This document shows positions 1-8,776 of a DNA stretch of 64,000 bases, piece after piece. A program made the position numbers and the translations under genes. The notes beneath the pieces are model-generated. The model saw only the letters and a list, made by a program, of their open reading frames with translations. It searched no databases and was not told the DNA's origin. This stretch comes from a virus, in IMG/VR virus record IMGVR_UViG_3300042563_002443. One strand, 5' to 3'. Positions within the stretch are counted from its first letter, which is position 1, and each line of letters starts with the position of its first letter.

Positions 1-2
1 TA

Positions 3-536
3 GTAGATGATCGAATTCAAGTTTGGTCTCCAATTAAAAAGAAAATGTATTCGGTTGATACTGTAATAGAAGAGTTTGGTGTTCATCCAAACAATATGGT
101 TGTGTATCGATCATTTACAGGCGATGCGTCAGATAATATTCCTGGAGTTAATGGTATAGGACCAAAAACCATTTTAAAAGTAATTCCACAACTAGTAGAA
201 TCTACGGAATATACATTGGATAATTTATTTGCATTAAGCACTGAATCAGTATCTGCAAAGTCACCTAATTACAAAACATTTACAAAAATATTAGAAAATT
301 CACATACGCTAAAACAAAATTGTGAATTAATGAATATTAAATTGTTGGACATTCCTGCGCAGACCGCCACAAAAATACGTGGGATAATGGAACAACCAAT
401 ACCTGAATTAAATAGGGCAGAATTCCAACGCATGTTTTATGAAGATAAGCTGTGGGCAATAATGAAAAATGTTCCTGAATGGATAACTAATACCTGGTTA
501 TCGTTAAATGCATTTGCAAAACAAACGCACAAATAA
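3..536 (+). CDS. 5'-3' exonuclease / flap endonuclease (T4 RNase H / PolI 5'-exo-like), 5'-partial
   Basis: H3TH motif GDASDNIPGVNGIGPKT; the frame is open from the window start (VDDRIQVWSPIKKKMYS...). Confidence 0.85.
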   Translation, partial: VDDRIQVWSPIKKKMYSVDTVIEEFGVHPNNMVVYRSFTGDASDNIPGVNGIGPKTILKVIPQLVESTEYTLDNLFALSTESVSAKSPNYKTFTKILENSHTLKQNCELMNIKLLDIPAQTATKIRGIMEQPIPELNRAEFQRMFYEDKLWAIMKNVPEWITNTWLSLNAFAKQTHK

Positions 537-538
537 AT

Positions 539-566
539 TTGAATTTACAGTAATTTTACTTATAAT
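539..566 (+). promoter_or_regulatory. early/middle-type promoter (TTGAAT...TATAAT)
   Basis: Member of a recurrent intergenic TTG(G/A)AW-N16/17-TATWWT family; just upstream of the helicase. Confidence 0.55.
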
Positions 567-572
567 TGTTAT

Positions 573-1928
573 ATGACAGATAAATTATCGGACTACGGTT
601 GGGGCTTTCAAGTTAAAGTTCTTGCTGCTATGTTTACGGATAGACTATTTTTACAGCAAATTTCAGATATTATACGTGCTGAATATTTTGAGTCTGATGC
701 AAACAGTTGGTTATTAGATATCATATTAACACATTTCCGAGAATATAAAACACCGCCTAGCAAAGATGTTTTAAAAGTAAAAATAACGGAAATTGAAAAT
801 GACATATTAAAGGCAACCGTATTAGAACAATTGAAAGATGTGTTCAGATATATGGAGTCAGATGACTTGACATTTGTAAAAGATGAAATTTTAAAATTTT
901 GCAAGAATCAGGAAATTAAACAAGCTATAATGGATTCGGTTAGTTTGTTAAAACATGGAAATTTTGACGAAATAAAAAGCAAAATTGATAGTGCCATGAA
1001 AGCTGGCGCCGATACCAATATTGGATTAGAATATGTAACGGATGTTGCTGCACGATACAATGAAGCAGCACGACATACAATAACAACCGGTTGGGATGTA
1101 ATTGATGATTTGATGGATGGTGGACTAGCCCCAGGAGAATTAGGAGTTGTAATGGCACCTGCGGGAATTGGTAAATCTTGGCTTCTTATCAATATTGGAG
1201 CAAATGCAGTAAAAGACGGAAAAACAGTTATACATTATACATTGGAACTCAATGAAAATTATGTAGGCCAACGCTATGATTCAGTATTTACAGGAATTCC
1301 AGCACAAAATTTAAAAAATTATCGAGACGACATTGAAGCAAAAATGCTAACACTTAAAGGCGATTTAATTGTAAAATATTTTCCTACCAAATCAGTAGGA
1401 GTAATGGGCTTAAAGGCTCATATAGAAAAAACAATAATGCTCGGCAAAAAACCAGATCTGGTAATTGTGGATTATGGTGATTTGCTTAAAGTTAACATTA
1501 AAAAGGACAAGCACGAAGCCTTAGAGGACTTGTACGAAGAATTACGTGGTATGGCAGGGGAATATGAAATTCCAGTATGGACCGCATCACAAGCAGGAAG
1601 AAGCGCCTTAGAAGAGGATATTATTGAAGCAGACAAAATTGCATCATCATATGGAAAAGTAATGGTTGCTGACTTTTTAATGTCGCTTTCTAGAAAGGTA
1701 GAAGACAAAATGTCAGGAACGGGTAGAGGTCACGTTATTAAAAATAGATTTGGACCAGATGGCATAACATTGCCATGCAAAATTAATACAAATAATGGAC
1801 AATTTCAATTCTTTGAACCACAAACTCAACAAGGAAAACAAACCACACAAATCATGAAAACAGGAGAAAACATGGTCAAGAAAAATTTAGCACAAAAGTT
1901 CAAAGATTTAGGCGGAACTTTAGGATAA
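573..1928 (+). CDS. replicative DnaB-like helicase (T4 gp41-like)
   Basis: Walker A APAGIGKS, YTLEL, VDYGDLL, WTASQ, KNRFG motifs. Confidence 0.92.
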   Translation: MTDKLSDYGWGFQVKVLAAMFTDRLFLQQISDIIRAEYFESDANSWLLDIILTHFREYKTPPSKDVLKVKITEIENDILKATVLEQLKDVFRYMESDDLTFVKDEILKFCKNQEIKQAIMDSVSLLKHGNFDEIKSKIDSAMKAGADTNIGLEYVTDVAARYNEAARHTITTGWDVIDDLMDGGLAPGELGVVMAPAGIGKSWLLINIGANAVKDGKTVIHYTLELNENYVGQRYDSVFTGIPAQNLKNYRDDIEAKMLTLKGDLIVKYFPTKSVGVMGLKAHIEKTIMLGKKPDLVIVDYGDLLKVNIKKDKHEALEDLYEELRGMAGEYEIPVWTASQAGRSALEEDIIEADKIASSYGKVMVADFLMSLSRKVEDKMSGTGRGHVIKNRFGPDGITLPCKINTNNGQFQFFEPQTQQGKQTTQIMKTGENMVKKNLAQKFKDLGGTLG

Positions 1929-1947
1929 AAACATATTTATATAAAAT

Positions 1948-1978
1948 GGGTTAGGAAAGTGATTTCCGCCCTTTTTTT
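1948..1978 (+). terminator. intrinsic terminator
   Basis: GGG-TTA-GGAAA-GTGA-TTTCC-G-CCC hairpin followed by T7. Confidence 0.6.
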
Positions 1979-2020
1979 ATCTAAAATCATTTACATATAC
2001 AAACAAGGAGATTACGAACA

Positions 2021-3877
2021 ATGGACATTTCAAACAAAATTTTAAGTGAAATTACGGTATACATGAAGTATGCAAAATATCTTCCAAACCTCAATAGAAG
2101 AGAATCTTGGGAAGAACTAGTTACAAGAAACAAACAAATGCATATTAAAAAATATCCGGCGTTAGTTGATGAAATCAATGCCGCATATGAATTTGTATAT
2201 GCAAAAAAAGTATTGCCATCAATGCGTAGTTTGCAATTTGGTGGGAAATCAATTGATATATCACCCAACCGAATTTACAATTGTGCATATTTGCCAATTG
2301 ATGACCACCGTGCATTTGGAGAAGCAATGTTTCTTTTATTAGGAGGCACGGGTGTTGGATATTCGGTTCAAAAACATCATGTAGAATTATTACCAGAAAT
2401 ACATAAACCAAATCCAAAAAAGATGCGTCGTTATTTGATTGCAGATTCAATTGAAGGATGGGCCGATGCAGTTAAGATGCTTGTTAAATCATATTTTGTT
2501 GGCGGATCATCTTACAATTTTGATTTTTCAGATATTCGTGCCAAAGGTGCAAGACTTGTTACTTCAGGAGGAAAGGCTCCAGGACCTCAACCATTAAAAG
2601 AATGTTTGATGAAACTGCAAGGAATTTTAGATACAAAAGAAGATGGCGACAAATTATCTCCAATTGAAGTTCATGATATGGTTTGCCATGTTGCAGATGC
2701 AGTATTAGCAGGTGGTATTCGTAGAGCAGCACTTATAGCATTATTTTCAGCAGATGATGAAGAAATGATTGCATGCAAATCAGGTAATTGGTGGGAAATC
2801 AATCCACAAAGAGGTCGTGCTAATAATTCAGCTACATTAATGAGACACAAATTAACAAAAGAATTCTTTATGGATCTTTGGAAGCGTGTTGAATTATCTG
2901 GAGCAGGAGAACCTGGTATATATCTTACAAATGATAAAGATTGGGGAACTAACCCATGTTGTGAAATTGCATTACGTCCATTTCAATTCTGTAACTTGTG
3001 TGAAGTAAATGCATCTGACATTGATTCTCAAGAAGATTTTGAAAATCGAGTTAGAGCAGCAGCATTTATTGGAACATTGCAAGCAGGATATACCAACTTT
3101 CATTACCTACGTCCAATTTGGCAACGTACAACTGAAAAAGATGCACTTATTGGAGTATCAATGACAGGCATTGGATCTGGAACAGTATTGGGATATGACA
3201 TGAAAGCTGCAGCAAAAACGGTTAAAACGGAAAATGAAAGAGTTGCTGCACTTATTGGTATTAATCGATCCGCACGAACAACCACAGTAAAGCCTGCAGG
3301 AACAACATCATTAACATTAGGCACAAGTTCAGGAATACATGCTTGGCACAATGATTATTATATTCGTAGAATCCGTGTTGGAAAAAATGAAGCAATTTAC
3401 ACGTATTTAGCAAAAAATCATCCCGAGCTAATTGAAGATGAATATTTCCGTCCACACGACACGGCAGTAATTTCTATACCACAACAGGCACCAGAAGGAG
3501 CAATTATGAGATTCGAGTCACCATTTCAATTATTAGATCGAATCAAAAAAGTTCATTTAGAATGGGTGAAGCCAGGTCATAGATCAGGAAACAATACACA
3601 CAATGTATCGGCAACAGTTTCATTGAAAGATGATGAATGGGAATTAGCAGGTGATTGGATGTGGAACAATAGAGATCATTATAACGGCCTATCAGTTTTA
3701 CCATATAATGGCGGAACCTATATTCAAGCCCCATTTGAAGATTGCACCAAAGAAACATATGAATCAATGATGAAATCTTTGAAGGGTATTGATTTGAGTC
3801 AAGTAATTGAATTGGATGATAATACAGACCTATCAGGCGAATTGGCTTGTGCAGGCGGAGCGTGTGAGATTAAATAA
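2021..3877 (+). CDS. nrdJ: class II (adenosylcobalamin-dependent) ribonucleotide reductase
   Basis: YNCAY, TNPCCEI, CNLCE, TTVKPAGT, C-terminal CAGGACEI; monomeric RTPR size. Confidence 0.92.
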   Translation: MDISNKILSEITVYMKYAKYLPNLNRRESWEELVTRNKQMHIKKYPALVDEINAAYEFVYAKKVLPSMRSLQFGGKSIDISPNRIYNCAYLPIDDHRAFGEAMFLLLGGTGVGYSVQKHHVELLPEIHKPNPKKMRRYLIADSIEGWADAVKMLVKSYFVGGSSYNFDFSDIRAKGARLVTSGGKAPGPQPLKECLMKLQGILDTKEDGDKLSPIEVHDMVCHVADAVLAGGIRRAALIALFSADDEEMIACKSGNWWEINPQRGRANNSATLMRHKLTKEFFMDLWKRVELSGAGEPGIYLTNDKDWGTNPCCEIALRPFQFCNLCEVNASDIDSQEDFENRVRAAAFIGTLQAGYTNFHYLRPIWQRTTEKDALIGVSMTGIGSGTVLGYDMKAAAKTVKTENERVAALIGINRSARTTTVKPAGTTSLTLGTSSGIHAWHNDYYIRRIRVGKNEAIYTYLAKNHPELIEDEYFRPHDTAVISIPQQAPEGAIMRFESPFQLLDRIKKVHLEWVKPGHRSGNNTHNVSATVSLKDDEWELAGDWMWNNRDHYNGLSVLPYNGGTYIQAPFEDCTKETYESMMKSLKGIDLSQVIELDDNTDLSGELACAGGACEIK

Positions 3878-4098
3878 TGATACAACCAGCATCAAAAGAT
3901 TGGATACAACAAACCTTTGTAAGGGAGTTTGGAAACAAGCTCCTGGCTACGGACTTTTACTATAATGAAGACGGATATCGTGTAATGACTGAATCATATC
4001 ATGTACGACGCGGATCATGTTGTGGTAATGGTTGTTTGCATTGTCCATACACGCCAAAACATGAGACCAATAATACCAAGTTGAATAATATTTATTAA
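3877..4098 (+). CDS. small Cys-rich protein (DUF5522-like)
   Basis: RGSCCGNGCLHCPY motif; translationally coupled to nrdJ. Confidence 0.7.
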   Translation: MIQPASKDWIQQTFVREFGNKLLATDFYYNEDGYRVMTESYHVRRGSCCGNGCLHCPYTPKHETNNTKLNNIY

Positions 4099-4099
4099 T

Positions 4100-4780
4100 A
4101 TGATTAAACTAAAAAATTTATTATTAGAAGTACATATTGATAACAAATTCCAACGTGAATTAATTGATAGGATAAATGATGAGTATAGGGAAGATTACAA
4201 ATCATTAACACCACAAGAAATTAACGATGGTTATTGTGATATGTGGGCTTCATTGTTTGTGGATCGTTTTGGCGGAGATCATCAATGGTCTTTTGATTTT
4301 CCAAATGATCCAAATGGACATTCGTGGGTAAAATTAAATAATAAATTTTATGATGCTGAAATGACTACGGGTACAACAAAATTAATAAATTTGCCGCATT
4401 TTCAACGAGCTATAAAAAAATATGGCACTGATTGGTTAGATACTAAATTCTTTAATAATATTCAAAAAACAAAATATGATGCATCAAATATCAATAAAAT
4501 TGAGGAAATAGGACCTCAAAATTTTATTGAGATGTATTTGGATTGGCTAGAAGAGTTATTAAATGATTTAGAAGATTCTAATGATATTGAAGCCATTAAA
4601 CGGTACGATACAGTATTAAATGCTAGGTTTGCATTAGAAGATGCTGATTCTACGGAAATTATACAATATCTACAACGAAAATATGGCAATGATGTCGATC
4701 AGATAATATTAAAAATAATCGGCGATACAACAAAATATGATGCATCAGGCATTGATACACCTGGCAATCCTAACATGTAA
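4100..4780 (+). CDS. late protein with MIKLKNLLLE leader (putative internal virion protein)
   Basis: ATATTTAT motif at 4088-4095; shared leader; internal TKYDAS repeat. Confidence 0.6.
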   Translation: MIKLKNLLLEVHIDNKFQRELIDRINDEYREDYKSLTPQEINDGYCDMWASLFVDRFGGDHQWSFDFPNDPNGHSWVKLNNKFYDAEMTTGTTKLINLPHFQRAIKKYGTDWLDTKFFNNIQKTKYDASNINKIEEIGPQNFIEMYLDWLEELLNDLEDSNDIEAIKRYDTVLNARFALEDADSTEIIQYLQRKYGNDVDQIILKIIGDTTKYDASGIDTPGNPNM

Positions 4781-4841
4781 TAAGTTTGCATAAAACTTTG
4801 AAATTCCAATAAAATATATTATATTAATATAAGAACAAGTT

Positions 4842-5531
4842 ATGACAAGAAAACATCTAGAAACAGTTGCCCCTGGATATGCGAACGGTATATCATTGCA
4901 ATTAGCAGTAAAGCAAACTTTAGAAGGTCCTGACGCTCAATTAACTCAGCAAGAAAAACAACAAATAATTGATAACGCTGCATATCATTACGGTTTATTT
5001 TTAACGGCACTAGGAGTATCTTGGGAATCAGATCCAAATTCATCTAATACTCCTAATCGAGTTGCAAAAGCATATGTAAACGATTTATGGAAAGGCAGAT
5101 ATGAACCAATGTCAGACATTACTTCATTTCCAAGTGATGGGTATGACGGAATTGTATTCGAAGGCGGTATTCCATTAACATCAATGTGTAGCCATCATCA
5201 CCAAACCATTTCCGGAAAAGTTCATGTTGCATATATTCCAGCAGAAAATGGAAATGTAGTTGGATTAAGTAAAATTAATCGAGTAGTAGAACATTTCGGC
5301 AGACGCGGAGCTATACAAGAACAATTAACTGTAGCAATACAACATGCAATTGATGAACTTATAGAAGATAACAAAGGTGTTGCTGTAATGATTGAAGCAA
5401 CTCATAATTGTGTATCTTGTAGGGGAGTAAAACATATAGGCGCTTCAATGAAGACCGCAAAATTATCCGGAGCCTTTTTAGATGATGGAAATGCTAGGTC
5501 TGAATTTTATCAATTTGTAAAAGGTTATTAA
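4842..5531 (+). CDS. folE: GTP cyclohydrolase I
   Basis: TPNRVAK, SMCSHH, GLSKINR, QEQLT, HNCVSCRG. Confidence 0.95.
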   Translation: MTRKHLETVAPGYANGISLQLAVKQTLEGPDAQLTQQEKQQIIDNAAYHYGLFLTALGVSWESDPNSSNTPNRVAKAYVNDLWKGRYEPMSDITSFPSDGYDGIVFEGGIPLTSMCSHHHQTISGKVHVAYIPAENGNVVGLSKINRVVEHFGRRGAIQEQLTVAIQHAIDELIEDNKGVAVMIEATHNCVSCRGVKHIGASMKTAKLSGAFLDDGNARSEFYQFVKGY

Positions 5532-5830
5532 TGAAAAGATTACACGTAAAATTAATTAAATGGATATCCAATAAATTTGGATACAAGATTGCAATGCTTA
5601 AAGCAGCAAACGGAACAACAACTGTTGAAGGAGATATTGAACTATTAAGATATGTTGATATATCCGGATATTTCTTTAAGAAAAAACCAATTTCTAGAAT
5701 ACAAGCTTCTAGAGCTCCAAGATCAGCCAAAGAAATGTTTTTAGCTGAACCAGTTCCTAATATTGATAATGTTGAACCGATAGTAAAACTTACATCGAAG
5801 CAACTTAAAGATTTACAAATAATAAAATAA
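5531..5830 (+). CDS. hypothetical protein
   Basis: ORF coupled to folE (TAATG). Confidence 0.6.
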   Translation: MKRLHVKLIKWISNKFGYKIAMLKAANGTTTVEGDIELLRYVDISGYFFKKKPISRIQASRAPRSAKEMFLAEPVPNIDNVEPIVKLTSKQLKDLQIIK

Positions 5831-5833
5831 ACT

Positions 5834-6298
5834 ATGGCAAAGTATAATTCAACAAAATTATTTGATGGTTACTCAACTTGTTTCCGGCAATGGCGAGCAG
5901 AGGATACTCATTGCAAATTCTTACATGGATATGCAGTATCTTTTAAAGTTTGGTTCGAAGGCGAATTAGATCATCGTAATTGGGTATGGGACTTTGGTGG
6001 TATGAAGCGATCTAAAACTAAAATTGCTGGAATGTCTCCTATAGAATATTTTTCATTTTTGTTAGATCATACTACAGTTGTAGCTATTGATGATCCATAT
6101 TTAGAGAAATTTCAACAAATGGATGAAGATGGTATCATACAATTACGCATACTACCGGCAACAGGATGTGAAAAATTTGCAGAACATTTATATTATATAA
6201 TCAATGCATTCTTAAAAGAAGAAACACAAAGTAGAGTAAAAGCAATAAAAGTAGAAGTTTATGAACACGAACGAAACAGCGCAAGCTACAGTGAATAA
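5834..6298 (+). CDS. queD: 6-carboxy-5,6,7,8-tetrahydropterin synthase
   Basis: HCKFLHGY, WVWDFG, LDHT, CEKFAE, VYEHERNSA. Confidence 0.88.
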   Translation: MAKYNSTKLFDGYSTCFRQWRAEDTHCKFLHGYAVSFKVWFEGELDHRNWVWDFGGMKRSKTKIAGMSPIEYFSFLLDHTTVVAIDDPYLEKFQQMDEDGIIQLRILPATGCEKFAEHLYYIINAFLKEETQSRVKAIKVEVYEHERNSASYSE

Positions 6299-6662
6299 TG
6301 ATACGTATGTATCACTTTATGAATATTTAGGTAAAGGGTCTCGAGACACCGGAGTTGGAAAACTAGTTTCGGCCGAAGCATTAAAACGTGGTATTAAACC
6401 TCAAGTTAAATTGCTGCCTAAAGAAATGCAAAGGCCAGAATTTAATTCAGTACAAGCATACCCAATGTCATTCTTAGATGAATACTTTGCTAATAATCTA
6501 GAACATGATATGACGCCATTTGTACGAAGATCTGCATTAACTATAGTACAAGCAAGAATTGATACCCTAGAAAAAAATTATGCAGAGTTAATTAAACTAC
6601 TGCCAAATGCAACAATTGAATTAACAGCAGAAGATACACAAGACGACGATTTACCATTTTAA
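6291..6662 (+). CDS. hypothetical protein with SSB-like DDDLPF C-terminus
   Basis: GTG at 6291 overlapping the queD end (alternative ATG 6261); acidic tail EDTQDDDLPF. Confidence 0.65.
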   Translation: MNNDTYVSLYEYLGKGSRDTGVGKLVSAEALKRGIKPQVKLLPKEMQRPEFNSVQAYPMSFLDEYFANNLEHDMTPFVRRSALTIVQARIDTLEKNYAELIKLLPNATIELTAEDTQDDDLPF

Positions 6663-6664
6663 TT

Positions 6665-7438
6665 ATGAATAAAAGAATAGAAGATTACAACAAGACACTA
6701 CCAATTCTAGAACTATACCGCTGTATACAGAGTGAAGGTTCAAGATTTGGACGTCCAACAATCGCAGTAAGAACTACCGGATGTACTCACCGATGCTTTT
6801 TTGGTGAAGGAGGGTGGTGCGACAGCTGGTACACAAGTATTCATCCGGAAAAAGGAACATTTACGTTCCAGGACATTATTAACATTTATGATGAGAACCC
6901 ACACATTAAAGAAATGATGTTGACGGGTGGATCACCCACAATGCATCCAGCATTGGTAAACGAACTAACACACTTTGCACATGAAAGAGATATACTCATT
7001 ACTATTGAAACTGAAGGTAGCCATTTCGTACCTACCGACTATCCTATTGGCCTTATATCTCTCAGTCCAAAGTTTGGTAATTCTGTACCCGTACTTGGTG
7101 CTGTTACGCCTCAAGGAGCGATTGTGGATCAAAGAATGATTGATCAACATAACAAGTTTAGAATGAAGCTTGCTACAATGAGCCAGATGATTCACTTCCA
7201 TACAGATTACCATTTTAAACCAGTATGGGACGGAACGGACAAGAATCTACAAGAAATTGAAAACATTCGCACTCTACTTAATATCCCAAAAGACAAAACA
7301 TATATCATGCCCGCAGGAGATACTAGAGAAACTCTTGTAGAGATGTATCCACTCGTATTCGATATGTGTGCTGAGAAGGGATATAACATGACCGGCAGAG
7401 ACCATATAATTGCATTTGACACTAAACGAGGAGTATAA
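6665..7438 (+). CDS. queE: 7-carboxy-7-deazaguanine synthase (radical SAM)
   Basis: IQSEG, RTTGCTHRC...WCDSWY, TGGSP, IETEG, SLSPK. Confidence 0.9.
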   Translation: MNKRIEDYNKTLPILELYRCIQSEGSRFGRPTIAVRTTGCTHRCFFGEGGWCDSWYTSIHPEKGTFTFQDIINIYDENPHIKEMMLTGGSPTMHPALVNELTHFAHERDILITIETEGSHFVPTDYPIGLISLSPKFGNSVPVLGAVTPQGAIVDQRMIDQHNKFRMKLATMSQMIHFHTDYHFKPVWDGTDKNLQEIENIRTLLNIPKDKTYIMPAGDTRETLVEMYPLVFDMCAEKGYNMTGRDHIIAFDTKRGV

Positions 7439-7499
7439 TGAACTACACAGTAACAACAACATTTGGAAATAACGTAAAAATTACATATATTATAACAAA

Positions 7500-7751
7500 A
7501 TGAAAAAGATACTTTATTTTACAGCAGATTGGTGCGGACCATGCAAAATGATTAAACCACAGCTTCTAGAAGCTTCTAATCAAATATCAATAACATTTAT
7601 CGATGTAGATACAAATTCATCAACCGCAGAACGATACAATGTTAAAAATATACCTTGTGCTATATTAATTGATTTAAATGGCCAAGAAAATGGAAGATTG
7701 GTTGGATCAAATATATCTAAACAATCAGTAATAAATTTATATAACAAATAA
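7500..7751 (+). CDS. thioredoxin
   Basis: WCGPC active site. Confidence 0.92.
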   Translation: MKKILYFTADWCGPCKMIKPQLLEASNQISITFIDVDTNSSTAERYNVKNIPCAILIDLNGQENGRLVGSNISKQSVINLYNK

Positions 7752-7767
7752 AAAAAAAGAATCAGTT

Positions 7768-8067
7768 ATGAATTGGAAACCAATTGGAGATCAAGTACTC
7801 CTAAAACAACTAGAAAAACAAGACAAAACAAAGAGTGGTATCATTATAATGAACTCATTGGATGATTATATTGAATGTGATGTTATGGCCGCAGGAGACG
7901 GGTTATTTACGCAAACAGGTACAAAAATACCAATGACTGTTAAAGTTGGAGATCGCATAAAAATCTATTCCGGAAATTTAGGAGCACAAAAGAAAGTGCA
8001 AGTAGAAAATAACGATTTTATTTTGGTTCGAGAACATGAAATTGCTATGATAAATACAAAACCATGA
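7768..8067 (+). CDS. groES: co-chaperonin GroES
   Basis: KPIGDQVLL, KTKSGII, PMTVKVGD. Confidence 0.88.
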   Translation: MNWKPIGDQVLLKQLEKQDKTKSGIIIMNSLDDYIECDVMAAGDGLFTQTGTKIPMTVKVGDRIKIYSGNLGAQKKVQVENNDFILVREHEIAMINTKP

Positions 8068-8300
8068 TTGAAATCTTAGGGTGGCTTAGTACAACCTTAG
8101 TTTTAGCTGGATATGTATCAAATGCTAGAGGGTGGACTAAGACAGCCATGATTACCTGGATTATAGGAGATACTGGATGGATTACGTATGACTTTTTTAT
8201 TGATAATTTTAGTCATCTTGTATTAAGTTTAGTTATTATAGCAATTAATGTTTACGGAATTTATAGATTATGGAAAAACTTATCAGTCAAGAAAAAATAG
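8064..8300 (+). CDS. small 3-TM membrane protein (PnuC/SemiSWEET-half-like)
   Basis: Hydrophobic helices IEILGWLSTTLVLAG...WIIGDTGW...INVYGIYRLW. Confidence 0.55.
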   Translation: MIEILGWLSTTLVLAGYVSNARGWTKTAMITWIIGDTGWITYDFFIDNFSHLVLSLVIIAINVYGIYRLWKNLSVKKK

Positions 8301-8776
8301 CACACCGAGTAAAACGGTTAGCAAAAGAAATTTCAAAAGATCATATACAAAGCGGTAACACGTTGCCACCAATAATGATTTGCATATTAAATGGTTCTAT
8401 ACATTTCTTTTCAGATTTAATTAGGGCAATGAAAATTGATTGTGAAATTGATTTCATTCGATTAAAATCGTACAAAGGACAAGATAATTCAGGCGGTATA
8501 CAAGTCCTTAAAGGATTGGAATTAGAATTAAAAGGTCGTCGAGCATATATTGTTGATGACATTTGCGATTCTGGCAGCACACTATTAGAAGCACTGTTTA
8601 TGTGCAATAGTAAATTAGTACAAGAAGTTAGAGTTGTTACATTGTTGAAACGCAAAGATGGTGTCGATATGACTGATTTTTGCGGATTTACTATCGACAA
8701 AGAATGGGTTGTGGGCTATGGGCTTGACAATAATGGAACACAACGAGAATTACCACACATATATAAATTAAATTAA
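8270..8776 (+). CDS. hpt: hypoxanthine/guanine phosphoribosyltransferase
   Basis: ILNGS..FFSDL, KSY, PRPP loop IVDDICDSGSTL, WVVGYGLD. Confidence 0.9.
   Translation: MEKLISQEKIAHRVKRLAKEISKDHIQSGNTLPPIMICILNGSIHFFSDLIRAMKIDCEIDFIRLKSYKGQDNSGGIQVLKGLELELKGRRAYIVDDICDSGSTLLEALFMCNSKLVQEVRVVTLLKRKDGVDMTDFCGFTIDKEWVVGYGLDNNGTQRELPHIYKLN

Noticed and set aside
1929-2020. Cobalamin riboswitch upstream of nrdJ
   Set aside because: Only ~90 nt of intergenic space, holding one hairpin plus T tract and no B12 box
7438-7503. 21-codon ORF MNYTVTTTFGNNVKITYIITK bridging queE and thioredoxin
   Set aside because: It overlaps a promoter motif and is too short to support, although coupled at both ends
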